A stretch of DNA of 64,000 bases, from the NCBI GenBank assembly GCA_001600815.1, contig BCKZ01000008.1, forward strand, positions 434,001 through 498,000, read 5' to 3'. A program made the translations under genes and the position numbers. The notes below the pieces were generated by a model. That model ran no database searches, was not told the DNA's origin, and saw only the letters and a program-made list of their open reading frames with translations. The DNA is from Alloascoidea hylecoeti. Lineage: Eukaryota. Shown here piece after piece: positions 35,009 through 48,900 of the stretch (positions within the stretch are counted from its first letter, which is position 1; every line of letters starts with the position of its first letter).

Positions 35009-37510
35009 TCTATGTAGAAATTTATATGGATTTCCTTCTTCTTTCAAAGGTTCTTCCAACTGTCTGCTTAATGGAAAATCTCTTCCGTGAACTGGATCCA
35101 TTTCTCTCCAATTTAACGCATTTAAAACGGGTGGGTGTTCGTCGTTTTCTTCGATCCGTGGAGTATGCCATGGAGACATAAGTCTTGGTTCCAATTTTAA
35201 ACGAATGGCCTTCATAACACCATTAATATCCCCCAAATTCCGCCTGGGAATTAATAATCCTCCGTAGATTTGAAATCGCAACAAATCTTGTTCTTCATAC
35301 TCAGATTTTTCATCAAATACTTCTTTCGAGTCGGCAATATTTTCAGATTGTTCATTTGACGTCTCTCCATTTTCACTTTCAACTGACTTTTCCAATACTG
35401 GTTCAGGTTCATCCAATTTAACGGGCTCTAGGATAGTTTTGAGAACTTTAGTCACTTCTTGATACTCCATCAATAAATAGTTCAAATACTGTTTTTTCCA
35501 ACTACTTTTACAGATACTTCGTAGTAACATTTCATATTCTTTTGTATATTTAATTCCATTGATTTCATTATAATAAACCAAAGATGATTTAAAATATGGT
35601 GGATCCGTCATTTCAGTTCCTTCATTATTTTTCATCTTTTTCACAAACTTTGGACATACTTCTTTTATGATTCTTTTAACGATTTCAAAATCAACTCCTT
35701 TTTTTTCAATCAAATTATACAATTCCTGGGATATGATACCATCATCAACTATCAAATTTTCATTTTCATTTACAACTGTTGTATTTATACTACTATCACC
35801 CATTTGCTCAAAAGCAATGCTATCATCATCATTTAAATTAATTGAATAAAATTCCAAAATATCTGATAAGTTTAGGTCTTTTCCTTTCTTAGTCGTATTC
35901 AAATGATAAATATCAAGAACATTTTTAATACTTGTAACCATAACATTTATGTTAAATTGTTCATTATTCAAAACAATATTAGTATCTTTTAATTTTTTTA
36001 ATTCAATATTCGTAGTCATATTTGCAATTGCTGTAGTTTCAAAGTAATCAACATCAGAATTTTGATTTTGATTTTGATTATCTTTATGATTTGATTCCCC
36101 AATATATATATTATATCTGTTAATACTACTGATACCTTTATGTGATTCCATTTCATTGAACCAAAATCCATATTTCTTTTTATTATCAGTATTATTATCG
36201 CAAGGTATCATTACACTAGTACTGTTATTGGTTCCAATTTTAGAAACGTTAACACTTAAATCATCATATCCACGAATATATCTATCTTTCGAAATATATC
36301 TTGTATCAACAATACAAATAAATCCACATACATTATAGTCTATTTTTGAATTCAATGATTTAATAAATTTTTTTGCAATCAAATCCCCTTCAATCAAATA
36401 TTGACAATCAATAAGGATCGTTATTGTTTTAATTCTTTTATAGCAATCAAGATGGGCGTTTAATTTAATCAAACAATCTATTAATTCTTCATAAGATTCT
36501 GGGGATATTATTACAATATCATATTTATCTTCTTTGAGATATTCATCATAATTTGGTTTTGGAGTCAAAGTTCTAGTTCTTGAACTTGTTTTATGATGAG
36601 GTATAAATTCTGGCCGTGATCGTAGATAATAATTATTGATTCCTTGTTCAACCAATGTTGTTTGAGTAGTATAAATTGAAGATATAGTTCCAGTTGTATG
36701 ATTATTAATATAATCTGTTTGAATATCTTTCGTATATTCCTCTAAATCTTCAAAATTAAGAAACTCTTTTGATGGATAAAAGAAATATGTAAAATCACCA
36801 GTCCATGCAAAATAAGCATTACAATTTTTTCCATAATATTTTTCATTATTAAATTTTATCCTTAAATCATTTTCAATAGATCTTAATTTAAATTTATTTG
36901 AAGAGCTTGATCTTGCAGTTGAAGTAACTAATGAATACAATTTATTTTTGGTTTCCTGTATTCGAGCAATTTGTAACCGTTTCTGCCGTTCCAGCTGATT
37001 TAATTGTACCTTATCATCAACGGCGACGTTCCCAATGGCACCTTCAGTATCACCATTGCCACTATTATTGGTCTCAGGGTTGGCGGTTGCAGTTAAAATA
37101 TTTGGTATTAATGTTACTTTTTCATCCGCTCCAAGAAGTTTCCAACAAAAAAATAAAAGTTGAGGGGTTTTACCAACTGGTATATTATTAGAATGAGTAT
37201 TTTTGCTCCTTATAACTATAAATGATTAATGAAACATACCTGCAAGATAATTTAAATGTCTAGGAGTAACTGCTTGGTCGTCTGCGATCAATGAAGTCTT
37301 TGCGGTATGAACACTTTGTGATGTGCCAACTGTGAAAGTGATAGTCCTGGAAGTACTTGTTCTGTCACTTTCAGATGTACTAGTAGTACCAGTACTTGCT
37401 CTTGTGGTTCGTCGTGTACTTGGTACTGCAGCTTGGAAAGAAGAGGAAGAGGAGGAGATACCAGAAGTCACAGTTTGACGATGTGGTTCTGTGTTGCTAT
37501 TAGTTGTCAT
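35006..37510 (-). CDS. Svl3/Pam1-like (ketopantoate-reductase-fold) protein, ~813 aa; exons 37240-37510 and 35006-37176
   Basis: A 63-nt intron GTATGT...CTAAT...CCAG joins two ORFs in frame, giving YLAVGKTPQLLFFCWKL. YDIVIISPESYEEL, ILIDCQ and DTRYISKDRY resemble Svl3/Pam1 N-terminal blocks as I recall them. Confidence 0.7.
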
Positions 37511-39992
37511 TGCTTAAAAAGAGAACTTGTTTCGCTTGGAAATTCATATTTATGCTTAAGCGCTCTAAATCTAATTCGCTTCTCACCAATATGAATAGAT
37601 TCGTACCTTTTCCTATTTTTTCCTATTTTTTCCTATCACGTGTACCTCTAAAAGCCCATGTTTTCAAACTTAACCTGAGCTCAAAATAATTGGGTTTGTG
37701 CATAATTTTATCTACGGACCCTCTACTTTGTCAAGAGACGCTACAATTTCGTCCGCTTAAGGTACCAATTCATGCAGTAACGTCTGGTCATTCTTTTAGA
37801 TACTTATAAGGCTATATATACCAGATATTCGACTGGAAATACGGCCAAGAGAAATGGTAAGTAAATGTTATAAATTTGGTGAGTATCTAGTCACTATATA
37901 GGTAATATTGCTATATAAGTCAAATAAATCGCCGAATTACGTAATCCAAAATGGCAATGACCCTGCAAAGTAAAGGATCTCTAATTATGAACCTACATTT
38001 AAATTTAAGGTTCTAAATATCTTTCGAAACCAATTTTTTAGTTGTCATTAAAAGGGAGTATCTACTCTTTATAACTATAAAGTCTTTTATTCTAGTATAG
38101 CAATCTAGTATAGCGGTAGCAACTCTAATGTTGCATTATATCAAATAATACAACATGCTGAAATATTTATTCGTAATTGCAACTTCACTTTTTATTCATG
38201 TTCAATTATGTTCATTATAATTATATGCTCATTTAAGTCCTAGCATCCGAATAATCTTCCATTGACGTTGTATAATTAATATTAGTTATGATCTCGTATA
38301 ACCGAATAAGTAAGTATTCCTCGGTATTATAATTTTAACTTTCGGTAACTTAATACATTGGAATTTTAAGTAATATTTATCAGGATTCAGGAGTAGGAAT
38401 CAAGTCCGGAACTAACTGATAAAATACTTCCGGGAACATTATACCGTTGTTCCTTTCCACTAGCTTTATGATCGTAATTATATTTTTATAAGGGGTTTGG
38501 AGATCTCCGATCGGCTTCACCCACCGGTCTCTCTGGTATCTAATTATAACATAATCATAATTACAAACTTCTAACCGGCACCGTACCTAATCTTTAATAT
38601 AAATGTATGCGGGTATACAAAACATCTAAAATCTGCATGTAATGTTAAGAGTAAATTATTGCATATAGATTTCTTTTCGTGACATTAACATTGAACTTCG
38701 AATATGTTGGTATAAAATCAATTATAAGACCTGAATATAGTAAAAAGAAAGAGACTATTTTGCCCAATGAGCTTTCGTAATATCTAACTGTCAATATTTA
38801 ATGTTAGAAAGTAGCAGTACAGAAGAGGAATTATACTCATATATAGTTATAAGGTTATAGATCTATAGAATAAGCGAAAAAGATAAAATACGTGAGATGT
38901 AATTCGGATTAATATGCAAAATAAGCTTAATTATAAGCTTAATTATATAACTCGTTAAACCTTAAATTATAATTATAATGATTGGAATTTGGGATACACT
39001 TAAGTTTACTCTTAGTTATGACAGCCGACTAGTGATTAGTGAATTTAACTCATATGTATATGACATCATAAGTTTCTTTTTATACATACTATATACTTAT
39101 CAATATTAGTACTTGTGTTAATGTTAAAGAGAGGGACAAACTATAATCTTGATCCGGATAATTGCATACACATATTTATGTTCAGATGCATGTTATTATG
39201 CATGCATCACACACGCACGGGGTATAGGTATAACATATTGATTCTAGTCGTAAATTCAACATTAATTCAAGATAGAATATAGCTTTATAGCTATAATGCG
39301 TGTAAATTTTCCTTACTGAAATGCATTTTTGTTATAATCTTTGGTAATTAAGCTTAGTATTAAGTATATATCTATATATATATAAGTACGTATAATTAAT
39401 GCAGCTAGAGATTGCATGAAAAGATCTCATTTTATATATTAGGAAATTAATAATTAGTAAGATTTAGAAATATATGGGGTTTCATAATAAATATACATGT
39501 AGTTTGTTCCGCGCGTACAACAGTGACATAGTTATCTATATAGTGGAAGACTTTGATTATAATTAATTAGCTCCCGGGAAACTCAAATTGTTGCTATTAT
39601 AACTAAATCTAGTTCTCATCATATATACTGTGTTAGGTCAATTTGAATAGTGCCTGTATAATCACAAGCACAGGTTAAATTTCAATACAGTCATAGAGTT
39701 TATTAGTTATAGGCAAATTTTGATTATTTTCAATCGGTCACTTCCCGAGAATTGTTAGATGCAAAGATCATGATTATCGGAGAAATATCAAAATAGTTAA
39801 TTCTTAGTAAGGATGATGGTATCTAGACCCCACTTGTATAGAATATAAGTACATTAATATTACACTGGTATAATTTATAATTATATGTAAGGTCTGTTTG
39901 GTAAAGAACGAACTATATGCAACTAACTATATTTATATAACGATTTGGAAAATTCCATGATCAATTGCAAATGTATAGTAGAGAAGGGAATC

Positions 39993-40235
39993 TCTTGGAC
40001 TTAAGTGTGATAGACAACATGTATATACAATGTACATTTAAGCCCTAGCCGTATGTATTGGTACAATAGGCTAATAGCGAAGCTGTGATTCAGTTCGGTC
40101 AAGTCCATGAACATCCAAAGAATGTCTTGGACTTAGACTTAACAGATAAACATGTGTATATACACTTAAGCCCTAGCCGATTGTATTGGTAATAGCTACG
40201 CGGTGTTTGATCATCGGCACCAAGCCCATGAAGAT
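39993..40235 (+). repeat. Diverged tandem duplication, period ~132 bp
   Basis: tcttggactta..aacatg..ttaagccctagccg..tgtattggta..caag.ccatgaa occurs from 39993 and again from 40125. Confidence 0.85.
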
Positions 40236-40462
40236 TGGCTAGCACATCCAGAGTTCGGGCGCAAAAGGGTTACAAAATAAAATGATTTCATTATTCTATA
40301 CGTATGGCGTTAGATATGACCAATAGATATTTCAATTACAGCTAGCACTCGTCCTAAAAAGAGTAGTTATAAAATATATAGAATCAACTAGAAGTATTAT
40401 GCAACACATATACATATAAATGGGTTCAGAACTTCAGATGTTCACCTGTCATATTAGAATTG

Positions 40463-40514
40463 ACTTATCAATATTAAAATCACAATTTACTTATCAATAT
40501 TAAAATCATAATTT
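40463..40514 (+). repeat. 26-bp tandem duplication
   Basis: acttatcaatattaaaatca(c/t)aattt x2. Confidence 0.85.
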
Positions 40515-43500
40515 GCTGCATCTATGTTTTATGGTGGCGGTTGCTATTACAATCGCAAATTCAAACAAAAAGCTGCACAACTATATAACACTAATATATC
40601 TGTTGATGCTATTATTTATTGAAACCGGCTGATCAAAAAATAAGTGAAGGATAATCATATATATGCTATTATAAGCTATATATTAATATTAATTATTATA
40701 AAAAAAGTTTATATTATATTTTACTTGTATATGTAGTAAATAAGATCAGCGCTCATTCTATATTTAGCTATGAGATTTTACTTTCTATTAAACTATAAAT
40801 TAATTTGAAGATTATATATGTCACAAGTAAATGATGTTTTAAATGTATCTCTTAGTTTGATCTTCACGTCACACTTTAATCATAATTATAATCAGATACC
40901 CCATAAAGTATCACATATAGTTACAGAAAGATTAATTACTGTTATGGCCATGGTTCTTATAAGTTATATCCACATTAATTGTTTGAGGATGTTTATTCTT
41001 ATCCTTAAAGAAATATCTTTCTATAATATTGATGATGATTTAATCATTCCATTGTATAATTTTCAATAATAAATACTATTACATTATCCATCATCAAGAA
41101 CCTTTACAACTAAAGCTTGATTATAAGCAGATATATAAATAAACATATTGCAATAACGGCAAAGATATTGAGTCATTGAGTTATTGAGTTATCAAGCTGC
41201 AATTAACTCCTTGAAACTTGATTTATGCAACGTGATCACTTCATCATAATATTAACATTACTGAGCCTGTATAGTTAATTATATATATAACTATTAATAT
41301 TTCTTTTTAAAAATTTCTGTTATTTATACTATATATACACATATAGCCACAATTCATTACTCTTATATAGAACATTGCAGGTAGCTTTAAATGAGTGATA
41401 ATTGGTATATAACACCAATTTTTAAATTAACATAATGCACCTTACTGTTATGTTTAACCAAAAGAATCTTGGCTACGGATCCGTATTATTTTCTATATAT
41501 ATGTCAGAATCAGTCACACCAAAAAGGCGCTGGACCTCTTTTAGACTGCTCAAGAGTACACACATCTAGCAATTTATAAGAGTAGCCGAGCTGTTCACTG
41601 GGAAAACTTATTCCTTAACTTTTGATTATGGATTTTGATTATGAATTTTGAATATGACTCTTGATATGGTTAACTCCAACCCAAGTTCACGAACATTTAT
41701 TTAAATTTTTATAGATTAAGAAGTAAATATTCTTATAGATCTATATAATTTACAAGTAGCAGTCGAAATGACACTTTCTTTTAACTATAGACGAAATTGT
41801 CCACTTGATATTCCTTTATATATTTTCTAATTTTTTAAAGATGCTACTCCGCATATGTATTTTCAGACTTATGGAAATAAAATATATTGGAGAATTTACC
41901 CAATTAATAAACCTTCCTTTTTTAATTACCCACAGTTCCTGTGAGATTGTTATTCTTATGGCATGAAGTCTATTTTAACCTTAAGCTCAAGTTTGATGTC
42001 TCTCTTGCATTTCAAGCTTGTTACAACCATGTCTTATTGACTTTCAATTCTTTAATTGCAATGTAAGGATATCTGAAGTAGTGCTTCACAAAGTTCACAT
42101 GTAATAATAGGTAATGGCTAACATATCAAATGTTGTGCACATTGCAAACAAAGAGGTTTTAGGGGAAACCCCAAGCCTAGATCTCAATCCAAAGGATGTG
42201 AATCATGTGATTAAGTTCCAAAAAATTTTACCTGGATAGTTTGCTGGCTATAGAGATTAATAAAGCATACCGCCGGTATAGCTATATATTTTCTTATTCC
42301 TAGCTGCAGTGTCTTACAAACTCTAGATAGTACGTACCACAATAGTATACTAAATATTACTCATATAATTTTTCAAAATTAAATGTTAGAGATTAAAGCT
42401 CTGCATCTGTATTTTCACAAGCAGAATCGGAAAGAAGATCCCTGGAATCAATTATAAACTTCTTAAAACCAGATGTTACGATTGCAATTGTGATTTGCGA
42501 AGTCTACGAAATATTTGAATTTGAGCTGTGCTTAATGCGAGCATGGTTTCTGCTCAACTATAAATAAGTTACACAGCTATAAAGGCTCGATTCTTCAAGC
42601 TCTTTTAGATATTTACGATCGACTGTCTATGTCCAGTATGAGCCGTATATAGTTAAGCAATTTATGGTTGAAAATTTATCGGAGCTGAATGTTACTTTCA
42701 AATTGATTGTCGATAGTAAAATTTTGATATACAGGATGACGTATTGGTGAAATAGAATTACCCACTTTTGAGTTTAAGGGTGGGCGAACAATATGTTAGT
42801 TAATCCGAATTTGTGAGATATCGCCATAAGCCTATATGAGCCTATATATCCATCTATAGCAAGCATTTATATGCCTATATTCTGCTAAACAATGTTTTAA
42901 ATTATATTTCAATTAATTATAATTAGTTCAACAAATTAAAACATCCCAATTGCAAGCTTAAGTAAAAAAATAATCCGGCTCATTCTAGTTATATTTACTA
43001 ATACCTTGAACTTGATCTTGAATAATATAATATGGTTGGGTATAATCATACTGTTAATATTGATCCTAGATATAATATACTATGTATAGCCATTAGCCAC
43101 AGTATATTTAAGCATATTCATATCCAATGGATAATATATTATAACAATAATATATAGTTATTTTAGCCTTGTAATAACGGCCAAACTGTAACCTTAAATT
43201 AATGACGGAAATAATATTTTGAGTTATGGATCTTGTATAAGTTATATGATTAGCTTCGAAACTATTTGTTTAAACCCCATTATAATGTCACCACCATAGG
43301 ATTAAACCTGAAACATAGTCGCTGGGCAGCTGGTGTATCTAACTTGAATTGAGAACTGAGATATCGATAGATTGTTTGCAGTTGCTTATTCTTCTAGTTA
43401 CATATTCCAGCATTTGAGATTGAACATCCTAGCTTATTGTATTTATCCTAACCTAATAATCCTGGACTATTCTCCATTATTACAACTTCATTGTTGTAAT

Positions 43501-44315
43501 TGTGATAATTAGAGCTGTAAAAAGAAACTGTGGCTCCATTTGCATCAAAAATGTCCCAATCTTAACGGAGAATATAAGCTTATGACTGGCTGTTTTATAC
43601 GAAACATATAGCAAGTTAACAACACAATTGATATTAATTAATCAATATAATTTTTCATATCATCAACTTAGTTGTATTCTCTAGCAACAGCTAAATACGG
43701 ACTTACAATATAACTATTATGCATCCTTAATTATAACAATAGTAGTAAAACTTTATGTCCAAGTAAGTAAGTTTATTAGCACTGGTGAAACCTACAAAAT
43801 GACAATGTTACCCGGTGTATCATCAGAGTCTTAATTTAAATTTAATCTCTTGGACCATTAGATACCAGGGATGTTCAGTCATATAAAACCCCAAGTAATC
43901 ATATTCTGGTGGAAATTTGTTATACTAAAGTTTAAACCCCATTTAATATAAGTTAGGGCCGAATTCATGCTTTGAAATGGTCTGTAACTTTGTTGTATAA
44001 TTGTATCCATCGATATCATTTACTGTTACGGTACTAGTGGTTCAAGATGTATAATGACAAGCTATGTGATGCTGAATATATAGGCTTAGATAAAGGTTTT
44101 AACTGATAGTTACAAACAATTTATTGTTTTTCAATTTAACATAATTAGATTGGTTTTGAAATTTGAAATATATGAACATTTGATTTTTTTTCAAGTAATT
44201 ATATTAATAACAACTTCATCAATGATTAATAAAAAAGAGAAACAAATTTAAAAATGAAAATGAGAAAATGAGTAAAATTAAAATAAAAAAAATGTATATA
44301 TATAATTATTAAAAC

Positions 44316-45971
44316 TTAAAACGCGATACAATCAATATCAGCAAATTTATTAGGAATTCCTTCATCTATGGCTGTCCATCTAAGAGTCAATCTTTCTAAT
44401 GAATTACGAGCCACGTGAATTCCTCTATTACAACAGTCTGTTAATAATCGTAGAACGACCTTTCTGTGTGACCGATGAACACAAGATAATCCAGCTTGGA
44501 ATATTGGCCAGTGAATAACTATTGCCATACTTGAGGAGCATGGAATACCGTTGATGCAATCAATAAGTTTGGTAGTAAGATGTTGAATACCCTCATTGAA
44601 AAGATTCTCTTCTAATAGTTGTAGCAAAATAAAAAGTTTCAGAGCATAGCACCAGCTTAAATGACTTATCTTCAAACATTTTTTTAATTCATCACTTGGT
44701 TTCAGTTTTCTAAATCTGAAGTGCTCCCCTTCAATATCTTGAACATCATTGTATATTCTCAATGCTTTAGCTTTGATGTCATTTATGTCCAATGGTGGTG
44801 CTTCAATATCAGCTCCTTGCTTATCCATAATTAGCTTGGTCACTTCAGTAAAAAGAGGTATTAAATGTTGACCACAGCGTCTGACGAAATTGAAATTACC
44901 ATCACATAAATAATACGACTTAGATACATACATTGTATCATTCAATCTATCTTCTAATGATCTTTTGGTAGTTAGAGATCCACCATTTGGAGATGACAGC
45001 CAAGCAACGGTCTCTGCAAAAGGAATCCAAGATTTGATTAAGTAATACAAGTTACTTGCAGCAGGTGAAACATTAGATGTTAAAAGTTTTCCATAATTAT
45101 CCATGAGACCGAATGCTCCTTTTAAATGCAATCGCCAATCACTCGAGTCAGTAGCTGCTCTTTCACTAAACAACAGCATTACAGCTGCTAAATGGCAAAC
45201 AGCTTCATCAAAAGAAGTGAAAGATGAGACCTTTCTAGCTAGAAGCTTGATGCAAATATTCAAGTGTGTTACAGAAATATCGTACCATCTAGAATCTGGG
45301 GTTTGACAATTGAGATGGTTACTGCAAACGGCAAATATAATATGTTTGACAATTGGGTAATATGGCTCAAGAGATAACAGTGAATTGACTAGTATGTTAC
45401 TTTCATCTTCCATTAATGGCATATTCATAACACATTTTGACTGACGAAAGTAGGTGTAGATGAAAGTTTTCAATTGGTAGGCGGTCCAGGTCTTGGGATA
45501 ATACTGAAGAACATTTCCGCTCCAGTCTTTTTCGGTACTTCCAAACCATGGAAAAGTGAATATTATCGCGTTCTCTGGCAGTTGATCGTTGCACCCTTGA
45601 CTAGGATCTTCTGATGATCTAGACGATTCGCTCTTGAAACACTGTTAGTCTATTATAATTGAAATTGAGAGTGTGCTTTTTAGCGTATTACATAAAAGCC
45701 ATACCTTTGGACTATCAGCCTTTAATGTTTTTCCATCTGCTGAATGGTGATGATGATGATGATGCGAATGCCCATTGCTTGAGTGTTCAGATTTTTTGTT
45801 CTTTCTAAGAGCCTTTTCAGGATCATAGAATTGAATAAAATCATAAAAACATTCAACGCCTTTTCTCACACAAGCAGTGCAGGCAGGATAACTTTCATCA
45901 CATTTGTACCTCATTTGTTTGCAACGACGACAACCAGTGTGACTGTATTGGGACAACTGCTTTTTGGCCAT
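44316..45971 (-). CDS. Zn2Cys6 transcription factor with Fungal_trans_2-type C-terminal domain, ~530 aa; exons 45705-45971 and 44316-45641
   Basis: SHTGCRRCKQMRYKCDESYPACTAC..C; 63-nt intron GTATGG...GACTAACAG restores frame; W..HL.GA and WPIF.AG motifs. Confidence 0.88.
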
Positions 45972-48900
45972 CTTTATATTTAACTGATATTATTGAGAAT
46001 AATCCAATTGAAAGAACTCAATTTATTTTGACCTGAGATATACCAAAACATAAGAGTGCGAGACTCCGAATATAAATAATCCTTTTTTTTCATTTTCAAT
46101 TTAAATTCTTTATAAAATTTCAATTAACAGAATCACAATATAAAATAATATGTCAGTTTAGCAGATATAATATTCGGCAGGGATGTTAGTACTTCTAAAG
46201 CTTAAGTAATTATAAATGTTTAAATTTGGAAAAAGGAAATACATCGTGAAACCCCCGGAGTACAGTATTTGTATTTGTTCACTGGCATATACATATACTA
46301 CAACTAGTTGAGCATGGAGTATACATAACTATATATTATAGGTAGCCCATCTGACATATTAGCCTATTTTAATTCAATAAAATATGTTCCGCATTGGAGA
46401 CAGGTGATATTCTTTTGGACAAAGAATATCAGCTAAGGAGAAACGTCTTTCGGCATACAATATATTATTCCAAACAAAGAATATCAACCGAAAAAAAGTA
46501 CATAAAATTCTAGAATTTATGCTTATTTTGCAATTTCAGGTACTTATAGATGTAATTAGTTTCATACATAATACTAACTTCAATATATACTGATCAATAA
46601 ATGATCATGATTTTTAAATATATAAAAAAACATAAATTATAAATAATATCACATGTTTTAAATAAAGTTATATATTCAGTAATTCTATACTTCAATAAAT
46701 TGTATACGTAACTATAGTAGGCTATATAAATCTATAGCCATCATTAATCTAATATTTAATTATAAGTACGTACAAAAACTAATTATCAAATCATGGATAG
46801 CAGTCCATGTTGTTAAGCTTTAGATTCGAATTTATATACTAAAAATAATGTATTTACATATATTAATTATATATCATATATAGCTATATACGATTTGTGT
46901 TAATAATAATCACTTTCCTTCACAATTGCAATTGTAATAGCAAGTAATTGAATTTACTTTAATTTCTATATATATATCCTTGTCTGTCAAATGTATTGGT
47001 ATAATAGAGGCTTCATGTATCAGATCGACTTGTAATGTATGGCTATGGCCCAAGTAGATTTTTACAGAAAATTTGGAATTTTTTTTACATATATGAAGTT
47101 GTTGGTGACTAAAGCTTATAGCCGATCTCAAGCTTGTTAAACCTTAGTAGTGAAGATCTTCTGTTTAGAGCTGCAACTACTTCTTTTAATAGAATGTTTA
47201 TAATTATATTAATTAATATTATAACGTCTTAATGTTATAATCTATTATTATATATATACTGCTTGCTGCAGTGCAACTGGCGGTTGGTAAATTCATGATT
47301 TACTACTAATTATAATTTATCTCATTCAGTTACCTAAAATTATTATTAATGGTATTCAGTATTATAAGCTCATAAAAAATGAACCGAAGAAATCTTATTA
47401 TTTACCATTACTTGTAGTTGTTGGTACCTGTCTGCTTACCTTAATAATTCACTCAGTAGCTCCAGCCCCCTCTACCGAGACTTCAATTCAATAGTTTGCC
47501 CTCAGCTGCCCATATCTGACACCCAGAAAGTTTAGAAGTCCCTCCAGATTCCTCTAACTTGACAAATTATACCAATACTAACTCCATAATCAACCATGAA
47601 TCTCCTTACTCGATGGCTGTATCGACAGACTTTCTTGGATCAGTCTCATAGATACCGCAATTGCATATGAGCTTACAGACTCCTTATTATTTGAAGGTGA
47701 AATTTCAATTGTAAAATTGGAATGGTGATTTCAATCTTCAATTTCAAAATATAGCATATATATGAAGATCATGAGAAAGATCAACATATTAAGAGGGTTA
47801 AATTGAATAACTGTAAGTTCTAATCAAGAGGCAGATAAATAATCAATAGATATTAATGTGAAGTCTTTATATGTATAGTTACCCATATTTCATTTTATTA
47901 TCAGTCTGATTATAATTAAACTCTATTACTGGACAAAGATTATACTTATAAAACCCTCATATAGTTATGTGTTTATTGCAACCTCTTTATTATAACATTT
48001 AGATTCAATATATACGTAATTATGATATTATATATGTAAAGTCAGTATTTCCATGTTGAATGTAGGTTGCGGGTTCAAGTAGTTTTATAGATTTATCCAT
48101 TTAATTCACAAAGTTCCTATAATATAAGTTTATATGCATTTACTTGTGATTTCATTTGTAAATATAAACATATTAAAATTAGGAGAATTCAAAGTTATAT
48201 ATTATCTATTAAATTGATTTACTTCTAGATCTTATAAATCAAATGAAACATTAAAAGTAATGTTTCAATATCAATTGAAGCTAATTATATAAATGTTAGT
48301 TTTTTATATGATAGCTTACAAGTAATAATATCTTCATGATCATTGAGCCTCTTCCCGATATTTAAAGACAGATAATCAGTCTGGCTTTGTTCCATTCACA
48401 TATGCATTAAGGTCTATAATTCTTTATATGTGAATTTTATTTTTCAGCGTTGCAATCGATTGTAACATTTTTTTGCAAATAATATATAATATGAGAAGTC
48501 ACTCTAATTCCTTTATGCAACCTTCTCTGTATATAATATGCATCAATACGATGACTGGGTAGTGTCAACATCGGGAAGAGGTCATTCCCGCTGCATATGC
48601 AGATGATGCAGTATATACTGTAGGTATACATTCATGCAAAATTAATGAATTAAATTATGTTTATAATTTTACGATCAGTTTCAAAGACATCAATATAATT
48701 ATATATTCCTCTAGGACGGAATAAAATTTAATAAAAACCTTCAAACTTCTTATTATTGCCATTCTAATAATCAGTAAATGAATTTAATCCTGTCAATAGC
48801 TTGTAAGATTTTTACATTTGCTGAAGTTTTAAATATGTCTTAAACCCGTAAAAGGGCAAGATTATAATTATATAAGTTACTTATAGCTCATTGCAATTGA

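Noticed and set aside
34674..35090. 138-aa ORF of FIYL repeats
   Set aside because: Translation of the (ATTT)n microsatellite and gap.
48060..48082. B-box-like AGGTTGCGGGTTCAAGT
   Set aside because: No cloverleaf around it.
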